Source of the DNA: Candidatus Rifleibacteriota bacterium
GTDB lineage: Bacteria; Muiribacteriota; Ozemobacteria; Ozemobacterales; Ozemobacteraceae
Assembly (NCBI GenBank): GCA_018818125.1
Contig: JAHISQ010000034.1
Location: forward strand, 30,592 to 94,591
DNA length: 64,000 bases
Direction of reading: 5' to 3'
The position numbers were made by a program, and so were the translations under genes. Each line of letters begins with the position of its first letter. Within the stretch, counting starts at the first letter, position 1. The notes below the pieces were generated by a model. The model did no database searches, was not told the origin of the DNA, and saw only the letters and a list, made by a program, of their open reading frames with translations. Of the stretch, positions 47,763 to 56,718 are shown piece after piece.

Positions 47763-48735
47763 AACTGCGCTGCGAAACCGGCATGGTTCTGATTTTTAAT
47801 ACGCGCAGGTTGAGCTCGGTTGCATGCTTATTGCTGATTTTGCAAAAATCTTTTTCGGTGCAGACCAGTTTTAGTTTTCTATCTCTCGCCAGTTGCCCAA
47901 GCTTTTGCAGTTCAGCGTCATTGAAACAATGATGATCTCTGAATTCCACTCGTTCGCAGAGCTGACAACCGAGGGTTGCAAGTTGAGCATAGAATGAGTC
48001 GGGCCGGCCGATCGCCGAAAAGGCGAGATAATCAGCTTTTGATTCGCTTGTTGGCAGCCTGTTTCCATTATGATCGAACAGACCTTCACATTCGGTTTTT
48101 ACAGATATTATCGGCACGTTTGGCGCACGTTCATTGAGCCAGGCACGCCAGAAATCAATTTTATCCTGAGGAACTGACTCACAGCGCGTCAACAGGATAG
48201 CATCGACCTGACGTAGTCTGAAAACAGGTTCACGCAGACGGCCTGCTGGCAGCAACTGCGCTTCATCCGGGCTCGACATTGCGTCCCAGAGTAATAGCTC
48301 AACATCCTTGCTTAACCGGCGGTATTGAAAGCCATCGTCGAGCAGAAATACTTCAGGCCGCAGTCGTTGTTCGCCTACTATGGCAGCATGGTGACGGTTC
48401 TTGCCGAGCAACACCGGTATTTGTGGGAACCTGCGATTAAGCAGCAGAGCCTCATCAGTTAGCCCCTGTGGATGCGGGCCGAAACCCTGCAGATGATAAA
48501 AACTGCGTTCCCACGGACTGCGATAACCGCGACTTAACACACAAAGCTTGCTGTGCTGCTCAAGTTCGCTAAGCAGTTCGAAAAGAACCGGAGTCTTGCC
48601 GGTTCCGCCCATACTAAGATTGCCAACCGAGATAACGCGTGCTCTGGGCCGATAGACCAGAAAGCTGAAAATCTCGAAAAAACGGCGTTCAAAGGTCGTC
48701 AGCAGAAGATAAACACTCTGCAGAATTCTTTTCAT
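47710..48735 (-). CDS. lpxK: Tetraacyldisaccharide 4'-kinase (lipid A biosynthesis)
   Basis: P-loop VISVGNLSMGGTGKTPV, compared with E. coli VVVVGNLTAGGNGKTP. The MKRIL start overlaps the stop of the upstream pyruvyl-transferase gene as ATGA. The ORF extends to 48768. Confidence 0.8.
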   Translation of the reverse strand: MKRILQSVYLLLTTFERRFFEIFSFLVYRPRARVISVGNLSMGGTGKTPVLFELLSELEQHSKLCVLSRGYRSPWERSFYHLQGFGPHPQGLTDEALLLNRRFPQIPVLLGKNRHHAAIVGEQRLRPEVFLLDDGFQYRRLSKDVELLLWDAMSSPDEAQLLPAGRLREPVFRLRQVDAILLTRCESVPQDKIDFWRAWLNERAPNVPIISVKTECEGLFDHNGNRLPTSESKADYLAFSAIGRPDSFYAQLATLGCQLCERVEFRDHHCFNDAELQKLGQLARDRKLKLVCTEKDFCKISNKHATELNLRVLKIRTMPVSQRSFTEELAAQGVQLRPRLA

Positions 48736-49700
48736 CGTCGCCTGCTTGCCTCTATATTGGCTGTCCAACCGTTAAAAGCACTTTGCATACTGACAAAGCG
48801 CTGCTGTTGACTGCTTAGAAAATCCGGACTGGCCTGACGGAAATCGCTGATCTGATTCGCTGCGATAGTCAAAACACCCGCCGATTCAGCCAGTTCGCTG
48901 ACTTTGTCGTCGTAAGCAACCAGTTTGACCGGCAATCCAGCGCGCAACATGGCAAGGCCGGCATGATAACGCATGGCGAGGCCCAAAGAGAAGTTGCGAC
49001 AGCTGTCAGCAAATTCGCTGAAAGTCGCCGGTTGAATCACCGAGGCACTCGGAGCCAATTCTTTTATCACATCGATATCACTGCGACGGGCAGCTAATCC
49101 GACGAGCTGGCGCTGGTTGTGGCGTAACTGATGAGCAACCTGCCCGCGCCAGTCACCCTGCTCCCATTGACGCAAATTTACTGCCATTGGTGCATTTCCG
49201 CGCTGAGGTCGCGCGGTTACCGGAAAAGTCCAACTCCAGTCAGCCCCACGGCCAGCATCATTGCCGGTTAATTCTTTAAAAAGCCGACAAGATGTTTCAT
49301 CACGTAGCCAGGCCGTCTTTACCCGGCACAGAGCCCGACTGGCCAGCTTTCTGGCGCCGGGGCCGCGCAATGGACCGAGACCGGCACCCCATAAAACAGG
49401 TTCACAGCGGAGCAGGCTGGCCGCTATAATGCGCAACGCAAAGAAGGTTACACCTTCGAACGACCAGTCCTGAAGAATACCACCGGAAAACAGCGCAGAA
49501 TCGTTTTCAAAAAGTGCCTGAACAAAGGCTGGCCATGCCGTAATACCGCGGCGGCGAATCGATTGACCACCAATACTCAAGACCTTGCCGCTGGTAATGG
49601 TCGTGCTGCAGCGGTCTGGCAGCTGTTGTCTGATCGCCTGCAGAATAGTCTCGTCACCGAGATTGCCTTCGCCAAAAAAACCGCAGAGTAAAATTTTCAT
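48732..49700 (-). CDS. Polysaccharide pyruvyl transferase family protein
   Basis: N-terminal MKILLCGFFGEGNLGDETIL is the hallmark start of the family. Length fits. Confidence 0.6.
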   Translation of the reverse strand: MKILLCGFFGEGNLGDETILQAIRQQLPDRCSTTITSGKVLSIGGQSIRRRGITAWPAFVQALFENDSALFSGGILQDWSFEGVTFFALRIIAASLLRCEPVLWGAGLGPLRGPGARKLASRALCRVKTAWLRDETSCRLFKELTGNDAGRGADWSWTFPVTARPQRGNAPMAVNLRQWEQGDWRGQVAHQLRHNQRQLVGLAARRSDIDVIKELAPSASVIQPATFSEFADSCRNFSLGLAMRYHAGLAMLRAGLPVKLVAYDDKVSELAESAGVLTIAANQISDFRQASPDFLSSQQQRFVSMQSAFNGWTANIEASRRR

Positions 49701-49703
49701 AGT

Positions 49704-50762
49704 CTAATCTGACCGTAAAACGGTCAGTCTGTCAAGAATTGTCTGTAATCGATCTGACCAGCGCACGATATTGCCCGGCGACTGCCTGGGTTGTCTTCTG
49801 AAGGCGGAAACAGCATGCTCAAGTTCACTGCTACAACCAATAACTCTGTTGATTAATGGGTTTTCGCGCAGACTGGCAACCGGCGGAGACCAGATTTCAA
49901 GACCGCTGGCGGCATATTCGTAAGCTTTGATAGGATCAACGCCCTTGATAAGTTCAATTTCTTTAAAAGCGACCAGACCGACATCGCAGGTCTTAAAAAG
50001 CTCAGCCAGTGCTGATCGATCAAGTTCGCCGTGGTGAATAACACGCGGATGTCTGCATAATTTCTGATAGTCACTTCCACGCCCGATTCCAGCAAGATGC
50101 AACTCTATGTCGCCATGATTGCACAGCATTTCAAGCCATCTCGAATCTACCCATTCATGATGAGCGCCAGCCGAAACCAGTTTGAGATGAGAACCGACTG
50201 GTTGCCGGAATTTGTGTTCTTCAAAAAAAACGTCTGCACAGGCATTGCCGGCCAACACACTTTTATTGCGCGCCACCTCAGGCAAACTCTGCTTCAGATA
50301 TGGGTGTGAGCAACTGATCAAAGTCGCTCTGGCAAAAAGCAGCTCTTCGTATTTTTGCCAGACACGCCAATTCTGGCCTGGAAAAAAACCATGCAGATCG
50401 CAGCGGTCATAAACGATGGCCGGCCAGTTACGGCGACTCAGGTGCGCCAGAGAAGGCTCCGCAATCCAGAGCAACACATCACCACCAGTATGCGGTGCCA
50501 GCTCGGTTTTGAGAAGAAGCAGCGCGAGTCTGGCCACAATAGCCTGAAAAGCCGGCCAGGCATTACCCTTAAACGGCACCCGCAACCTGACAACTTTCAG
50601 ATTTTCAGCGGCTTTGCTGATGGTGCAACTGAATCCGCCAGTTTTGAGCGGATCGACAAAACAAACCTGCCAGCCACGACGAGCCAGCTCACCGGCCAAT
50701 GATTGGTGGCGCTGGTGTAACCCGGAAAACGCAACCGGTGAAACAAACAAGACACGGTTCAC
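49704..50762 (-). CDS. Glycosyltransferase (GT-B fold, GT4-like)
   Basis: C-terminal EIELIKGVDPIKAYEYAASGLEIWSP resembles the E-x7-E region of GT4. A 4-bp overlap couples it to the upstream di-domain glycosyltransferase. Confidence 0.5.
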   Translation of the reverse strand: MNRVLFVSPVAFSGLHQRHQSLAGELARRGWQVCFVDPLKTGGFSCTISKAAENLKVVRLRVPFKGNAWPAFQAIVARLALLLLKTELAPHTGGDVLLWIAEPSLAHLSRRNWPAIVYDRCDLHGFFPGQNWRVWQKYEELLFARATLISCSHPYLKQSLPEVARNKSVLAGNACADVFFEEHKFRQPVGSHLKLVSAGAHHEWVDSRWLEMLCNHGDIELHLAGIGRGSDYQKLCRHPRVIHHGELDRSALAELFKTCDVGLVAFKEIELIKGVDPIKAYEYAASGLEIWSPPVASLRENPLINRVIGCSSELEHAVSAFRRQPRQSPGNIVRWSDRLQTILDRLTVLRSD

Positions 50763-52852
50763 GGCTTTGCCCCGATTGCCTGCAACAGGAGTTCTTCGAA
50801 TTCATCGATCATCTGCGGGTAATTGTTTATGCGCTTAAAATGTTCGATAGCAGCTCGACTGAAGCGTTCGTAGTTGGATGAGTCAGCAACCTGTCTGATT
50901 GCACTGATCAGTGCAGCACCGTCACCCGGTTCGATCAGTAGTCCATTCTCGCCGTGTTCAACTATCTCCGGGATGCCACCGATATTGCTGGCGATGCACG
51001 GAATACCCCAACGCATGGCTTCGAGCAGGCTTAACGGAATCCCTTCGCCTAGAGAAGGCAGCAGGGCGATGTCTATGTCGTTATAAAATATTTCGGGATC
51101 AGCTACAAAGCCATGGAATACGACGTGATCACTCATTACGCTGTTTTTGCACAATTTTTCGAGGGCTGAGCGTTCCGGGCCGGAACCAAGAATATCAATT
51201 CTTATGTTGCCAAGCTGGTCAAGGTTTTGCGCGATTGCCTCAAGAGCCCATTGATGACCCTTGTTTGCATGCAGCTTTGCGGTAATCACAATTCTAAGGG
51301 GAGAACCCGGGGCTTTCCGATGAGTGAGCGCCGGACTCTCAATGCGGTTGGCAATAACGCGAAGATTATTCATGCTGGCACTTTGGTCACTCATGTGCTT
51401 TTTGACAGCATGTGACACGGCAACAAGAAAGTCACTGCAGCAATAATAGTTCTTTTTATTGAGTCCGTGAATATGCGAAACGCTGGGAATTCTGCAGATT
51501 TTGCCAAGAATTCCGGCGATCAGGCTGGCACGATTAAGGTGCGAGCTGATTACATCGGGTCGCAGTATACTTAGCGAAAACAGCAGTTTAAGAGCAAAAA
51601 ACAGCCCCCCACAACGCATACTCCCCTTGTAAACAGTTATTCCTGACTTCGCGATTTCATCTGCAAAAGGGCTGCCGCTGCAGGTAGCACTGACCTGCCA
51701 CCCCCGCTCAATGAGAGCCTTCATTATGCCAAGCGCCACACGTTCGCCACCACCCAGCTCAGCCGATGAGACAGCAAAATGTGCGTGCTGGCGACGCACA
51801 GTTAACTGGTTAAAAAGTTCGATGTGCTTATCAATCGCAATCTTTCGACTGAAGCTTTCTTCAACCTTTTTGCGGGCATTCTGCCCAAGTTGCTGCCTTA
51901 GCGCCTGATTACATATCAGATTTTCCAGAGCACCTGAAAGTTCACTCTCATTCTCCGGGTTAAACAGTATCCCGGTCCGGTTGTGCTCAATAAGTTCGGG
52001 AATACCACCCACGTCAGCTGCAACAACTGTCAGAGCTCTTTCCATGGCCTCGCATATATGGATGCCAAAAGCTTCCTGGCGCGACGGCGCAACAAAAATG
52101 TCGAGTTCATCAAGAAAGCTCTGACGGTCGGAAATCTCACCGCTGAATCGGCAGTGTTCCTCGACATTAAGCGTTTTTACCAACTGCAGCAGATCCTGGC
52201 GATGCCTGCCATCGCCGCCAATTATCAATTCAAACCTGATATGCCGCTGTTTGAGCTGGCTGCAGGCTTTGATCAGCCGGTCAATACCCTTAACCGGGTG
52301 CAATCTCGACAAAGTACCTATTTTTACAACTTCTGCAGACTGATGAGAGGCACCAATAGGAGCAATATTGACGCCGGGGTAGATAACTCTGCATTCATCA
52401 CTTCTGCGCGACCTTATCTTGCTGGTATACCAGTTGCATAAAAAGTGACTGGGGAACACAAAGCAGTTGGAAAACCTGTTCAAAAGCCTTTCAAGGCAGT
52501 GAAACGATTCAGTTTCACTACCATGAATCGAAGTTACCAATTTAATATCAGACGATAGCCAACAGCATACGCGCGCCCAGAAAGTTGCTCGAAACAGGTG
52601 TGAATGTACGATACCGGGCTTGAATTTTGCCAAAATACGAATCAGTTTAACAAAAGCTGGCAGATCAAGAATGGTTTCGCCAAGAACGTGAACAACAAAA
52701 CCTTCTCTGCGCAGCGTGTTGCCAATAGGGCCGTCGCGAAAGCACGCTATTTCCACTTCGCAGCCGTTACTACGCGATTGACGAGCAAGATCAAGCAGGA
52801 CGAACTGGGCACCACCCAGTGTTAAAGCATTGATAATCTGAAGTATACGCAT
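50759..52852 (-). CDS. Tandem two-domain GT4 glycosyltransferase (two GT-B modules in one polypeptide)
   Basis: Two copies of the GT4 C-terminal motif: QEAFGIHICEAMERALTVVAADVGGIPELI and LGEGIPLSLLEAMRWGIPCIASNIGGIPEIV. Each follows an N-terminal Rossmann-like half. Confidence 0.7.
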   Translation of the reverse strand: MRILQIINALTLGGAQFVLLDLARQSRSNGCEVEIACFRDGPIGNTLRREGFVVHVLGETILDLPAFVKLIRILAKFKPGIVHSHLFRATFWARVCCWLSSDIKLVTSIHGSETESFHCLERLLNRFSNCFVFPSHFLCNWYTSKIRSRRSDECRVIYPGVNIAPIGASHQSAEVVKIGTLSRLHPVKGIDRLIKACSQLKQRHIRFELIIGGDGRHRQDLLQLVKTLNVEEHCRFSGEISDRQSFLDELDIFVAPSRQEAFGIHICEAMERALTVVAADVGGIPELIEHNRTGILFNPENESELSGALENLICNQALRQQLGQNARKKVEESFSRKIAIDKHIELFNQLTVRRQHAHFAVSSAELGGGERVALGIMKALIERGWQVSATCSGSPFADEIAKSGITVYKGSMRCGGLFFALKLLFSLSILRPDVISSHLNRASLIAGILGKICRIPSVSHIHGLNKKNYYCCSDFLVAVSHAVKKHMSDQSASMNNLRVIANRIESPALTHRKAPGSPLRIVITAKLHANKGHQWALEAIAQNLDQLGNIRIDILGSGPERSALEKLCKNSVMSDHVVFHGFVADPEIFYNDIDIALLPSLGEGIPLSLLEAMRWGIPCIASNIGGIPEIVEHGENGLLIEPGDGAALISAIRQVADSSNYERFSRAAIEHFKRINNYPQMIDEFEELLLQAIGAKP

Positions 52853-52875
52853 AGTTTAAATGGCGTTGTTACAAT

Positions 52876-53658
52876 CTACTTTTCAGTCGGAGAAACACTC
52901 TTTTTTTGCGCATCATTAAATTTTGCAAATTCGTTTTCGGCCATGCTCAACATGAACTCAAACGACTTGCCCTCGAACACTCCGTCCTTTTTTGCCATCT
53001 TCTGCAGCTCTTCGCAACGATACAGAGTATCATCAAGCTGCTTTTTGGCAGAGTCATCGAGTCCTTCTGCAAGTTTTTGACAGCTGACGGCGAGCTTTTC
53101 AGTGCTTTCTATGAGCATTTTATGGTCCTGGTCATGCCATGCATCCCATATGTGATCAAAATCCATAGTAATATCCAACAGCAGTCGCGAACGACTGTCC
53201 ATCGGCAAACTATCGTATAGCCCGGTGAGCAAGCGGGTAAACTTCATAATATTGCTGTGAGCCTTCTGTTGATCAGGCTGTATGCTGACAAGATCGTTTC
53301 TGATAGTTCCTATCAGCTCAGTAAGTCGGTTAAATTTGTTGCTCCATTCCAGGTCTTTCTTTGCCCATTCTGGTGGATTAGTCCGAAATCTGTTATTAAA
53401 TTCGATCCATTGAACCATGAACCGCTGCATGTGCAGGGGCATTTCTTCCTTACTCTGAGATTTATTGGCAAGCGCCTTGGCATGGGACACCAGATTTGAA
53501 ACTGACTCCAAAAGAACGTCGTTGCCACTGTTTCCGGCTATGATTGCGAAAAGACTGACATCACAGGCAACAACCGCCAATGTATTAAAAAAAATCAGAC
53601 AGGAAATCAGTATAAAATGGCGCACATCAAACCTCCACAAATCGTCTATTACCGACAT
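52876..53658 (-). CDS. N-terminally anchored hypothetical protein (260 aa)
   Basis: TM helix FILISCLIFFNTLAVVAC. The remainder is helical and acidic. No motif recognised. Confidence 0.4.
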   Translation of the reverse strand: MSVIDDLWRFDVRHFILISCLIFFNTLAVVACDVSLFAIIAGNSGNDVLLESVSNLVSHAKALANKSQSKEEMPLHMQRFMVQWIEFNNRFRTNPPEWAKKDLEWSNKFNRLTELIGTIRNDLVSIQPDQQKAHSNIMKFTRLLTGLYDSLPMDSRSRLLLDITMDFDHIWDAWHDQDHKMLIESTEKLAVSCQKLAEGLDDSAKKQLDDTLYRCEELQKMAKKDGVFEGKSFEFMLSMAENEFAKFNDAQKKSVSPTEK

Positions 53659-53769
53659 TGTACACTCTCTTTTGCGTTATAACAAGCGCTGGAAAAATAC
53701 CTGCAGATCTTTACAGTTGGCGCTAAAAACACTATAATCTGTAAAATAGACTCGATAAGGGAGCGGATT

Positions 53770-55293
53770 ATGAAAATTAATTTCAAATCTCTGATTTGTA
53801 TTCTCATGGTATTTTGTATTTGTGCCGGAACTGCTTTTGCAATGGCATACCGACCGTTCCCCAACAATCGCAGTCTAGAAGAAGTTTATAGCGATATAAA
53901 GGTAGATGGCGCATTCGAGCAAACGCGCGTCAGACTTATAACCGCCAATGAAGAAGCCTGGTTTGCCCGCTGGAAAATGATTGAAAACGCCCGTGAAACC
54001 ATTGACTGCACATATTACATTATCGACAAAGACATATTCGGCCAGGCTTTTATCGGGCTGCTGCTCAAGAAAGCCAGACTAGGTGTACGCATTCGACTGA
54101 TGATTGACGGACGCGTTTATCGCATGCCCTATATGAGCAAGATGCCAGATAAGGTTGAAGAGCTTGCAGCTTTCCCAAATGTTGAGATCAAGCTTTTCAA
54201 CGCGGTCAGCAAAAACCTGCTGGCAGCTTTTACTGATTTGAAAAAAATGGTGGCCTCTAACCACGACAAGATCATAATCTGCGATGGCAACATTTCCATT
54301 ATCGGTGGCCGCAATATCGGCGCTGATTATTTTGCCGACACCGGCGAAAATGACATCGTTTATAACGAATGTGATATTTTAATGCAGGGCGCTCACGCAG
54401 CTGGTCAGCTGAAAAAAGCTTTTGAAGACGAATGGGGAAATTTAAAAAATCTGGTAGTAAAAAAAGACCTTATCAACTTTAAGAAGCAGCTGGCAATTGT
54501 TGATCTGGCCTATCGCGTCATGAGCAAGTACATGCAGGGTCGTGGACTGTTTGATTCTGAGAAGCTGACCAGTTCGGACACACTTAAAGAAGAACTGACT
54601 GAAATGAACAAAGAAATTTCAAAGTTCAAAAAAATTGTTTCGTTCTCTGGCTTTGAGCTTTTCCGCGGTGAAAGACAAAAACCACTTAAAATTCTGGATA
54701 AACACTCTTATCTGGGTTCTTTAAACGGAATTACGCCAGCGATTTTGCGCATGATCGAATCCTGCAAGACCGAAATCATCATTCAGAATCCCTATCTTGT
54801 TATCACTGAAGGTGTCGAAGCAGCCTTGAAACGCGCTTCTGATCGCGGCGTTAAGATTATTTTTCACACCAACAGCGCAAATTCCACTGATTCTCTCTTT
54901 CCCCAGGCTTTTTTGATGGAAGACTGGCAGAGAATTCTCAAAGAAATGCCGACTGCACGTATATTTGTGGCTCCAAGCGAGAATGAAAGATTGCACGCAA
55001 AGGTTTTTGTGTTTGATGGCCTGATTTCAATTGTTGGAACCTATAACATGGATCCTCTCAGCGAGAACATTAATTCTGAGGTTGTTGGAGCCATTTATGA
55101 TAAACCTTTTGCTGAAATGTTAAGACTGCGAATCTTCAGGCTGATGCAGAAAAACATCATTGAATACCGCATTGAAGTCGATCAGGATGGCAAAATTATT
55201 AAGTCATATGGGCCAGCTGACCACGTATCTAAAGAGGTAATTAAAAAGATGAATCGCTTAAGAAAATTGCAGTGGATCAGACCATTGATCTAA
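53770..55293 (+). CDS. Phospholipase D superfamily protein (two HKD motifs, cardiolipin-synthase-like)
   Basis: Signal peptide. HKD motifs NHDKIIICDGNISIIGGRNIGADYF and LHAKVFVFDGLISIVGTYNMDPLS. Confidence 0.8.
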   Translation: MKINFKSLICILMVFCICAGTAFAMAYRPFPNNRSLEEVYSDIKVDGAFEQTRVRLITANEEAWFARWKMIENARETIDCTYYIIDKDIFGQAFIGLLLKKARLGVRIRLMIDGRVYRMPYMSKMPDKVEELAAFPNVEIKLFNAVSKNLLAAFTDLKKMVASNHDKIIICDGNISIIGGRNIGADYFADTGENDIVYNECDILMQGAHAAGQLKKAFEDEWGNLKNLVVKKDLINFKKQLAIVDLAYRVMSKYMQGRGLFDSEKLTSSDTLKEELTEMNKEISKFKKIVSFSGFELFRGERQKPLKILDKHSYLGSLNGITPAILRMIESCKTEIIIQNPYLVITEGVEAALKRASDRGVKIIFHTNSANSTDSLFPQAFLMEDWQRILKEMPTARIFVAPSENERLHAKVFVFDGLISIVGTYNMDPLSENINSEVVGAIYDKPFAEMLRLRIFRLMQKNIIEYRIEVDQDGKIIKSYGPADHVSKEVIKKMNRLRKLQWIRPLI

Positions 55294-55328
55294 CTATTCG
55301 GAAATAACCCTGTAATTTGTTTTTAAAG

Positions 55329-55375
55329 CCCGTGCCCAGGAGAGTAATTATACTCATGGGCACGGGTTTTGTTTT
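55329..55375 (+). terminator. Rho-independent terminator after the PLD-family gene
   Basis: CCCGTGCCCAGG...CATGGGCACGGG hairpin followed by TTTTGTTTT. Confidence 0.7.
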
Positions 55376-55450
55376 AGCTTTCAATATGCTGCGAATAAGT
55401 TCATCAAGAACAGCTATTAAAAATGCTTCTGCAACCAGGTGGCTGAAAGT

Positions 55451-56701
55451 CTAGCGAAAATCTGCTTCCAGAGTCGGTATTGGCGGAGCAACAATCCGGC
55501 TGGAAAATTCCTGATGGGGCACCAGCTCAAATTCGCCGTTTCCAAGGCGCACAATTTTCCAATCCCGTTTGGTAGCAATAATCGGCAGGTCTTCCTGATT
55601 CAGGCTGATCAGCCCTTTCCATACCAGCTCACCAATTTCGTGGTTGTAAACAGTCTGCTCACTGACGTAGCCTTCAAGCAACGGCGAGAGATTCTTGCCA
55701 AGCTGGCCCCTTACTGTCGGATTCAGCTTAAAACCGAACGGATTTACGAAAAGAAACATATGGATAATGGCGGTTAACGCAATAATACCTGCCAGATGAT
55801 AGTTTAACGGCAACGGCTCAACTTCTGAAAAACATTTCAGCAGCATGGTCAAACCCATCAGTATAAAAACCGGCACCGAAGAAGGGTTTATCACTGCCAT
55901 CAAGCCGGTAATCGCGTAAAAGAAAAGATTTGGCATGTCTTCGTGGCCAAGCCGGTGCAACGATATCAGATTAATCAACAGAAAAATCCCGGCCAATAGA
56001 TACATTATCTTGGTATCACTATCTGGCAAAAACTGCCAGGCTAACACAGAGGTGCTGTCGACAGCGGTTGCCGCACCTTCCGGGAAAAACAGCAATCCGG
56101 TCAAAGCACAAAGCACCAGAGTCGGACTATATTTATCATTGTAAAAAGCATGGCAGACCACCAGAATGACGAGAAGCCAGCTGTTGAGGGTTAAGCAGCT
56201 TGCCGCTGCTGTTATCGGAATCAGTATTACACCGAAATTGTTTCTGAGTCGATTGTTGTCTAGTATGGTCAGTGTGCCGGCGACAAAAATAAGTTGCAGC
56301 AACATGCGAAGACTCAAAAACGACTGCATCGACAGCGAAAACACGGCCAACAACAAAATTCCAGGCATTATCTCGCGACTCTTGAATACCCAGGTGCAAA
56401 GTATGCAGCACAACAGGAAAAATGCAATATGAAAAACCGCCTTAAGACCAAGCAATGAAGCACTCGAATCAACGATTGAAAGAGCCATTGTCTCAGGAAG
56501 AAAAACCCAGCCGATATGCAGATCAAAGTCGCGCGCTAACGCGAGATCCCAGAATGTTGAAGCCGGAAACGGTGCCGATCTGGTAAAAAAGAACAGCACA
56601 GCAATAGTCGCGACCAGGGCGGCTATGCGACCCCATTCCACCGATTCGCCCTGTGTCTGCTGGCGCCTATCGGCGTTTCCCTTTGCCCTTACATCAGCCA
56701 T
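55451..56701 (-). CDS. Polytopic membrane protein (416 aa), possibly polymerase/ligase-like (Wzy or O-antigen ligase type). Very tentative.
   Basis: About twelve TM helices and one larger loop. Located next to the polysaccharide cluster. No catalytic motif identified. Confidence 0.4.
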   Translation of the reverse strand: MADVRAKGNADRRQQTQGESVEWGRIAALVATIAVLFFFTRSAPFPASTFWDLALARDFDLHIGWVFLPETMALSIVDSSASLLGLKAVFHIAFFLLCCILCTWVFKSREIMPGILLLAVFSLSMQSFLSLRMLLQLIFVAGTLTILDNNRLRNNFGVILIPITAAASCLTLNSWLLVILVVCHAFYNDKYSPTLVLCALTGLLFFPEGAATAVDSTSVLAWQFLPDSDTKIMYLLAGIFLLINLISLHRLGHEDMPNLFFYAITGLMAVINPSSVPVFILMGLTMLLKCFSEVEPLPLNYHLAGIIALTAIIHMFLFVNPFGFKLNPTVRGQLGKNLSPLLEGYVSEQTVYNHEIGELVWKGLISLNQEDLPIIATKRDWKIVRLGNGEFELVPHQEFSSRIVAPPIPTLEADFR

Positions 56702-56718
56702 GGTTTTCTCCGCATGGG

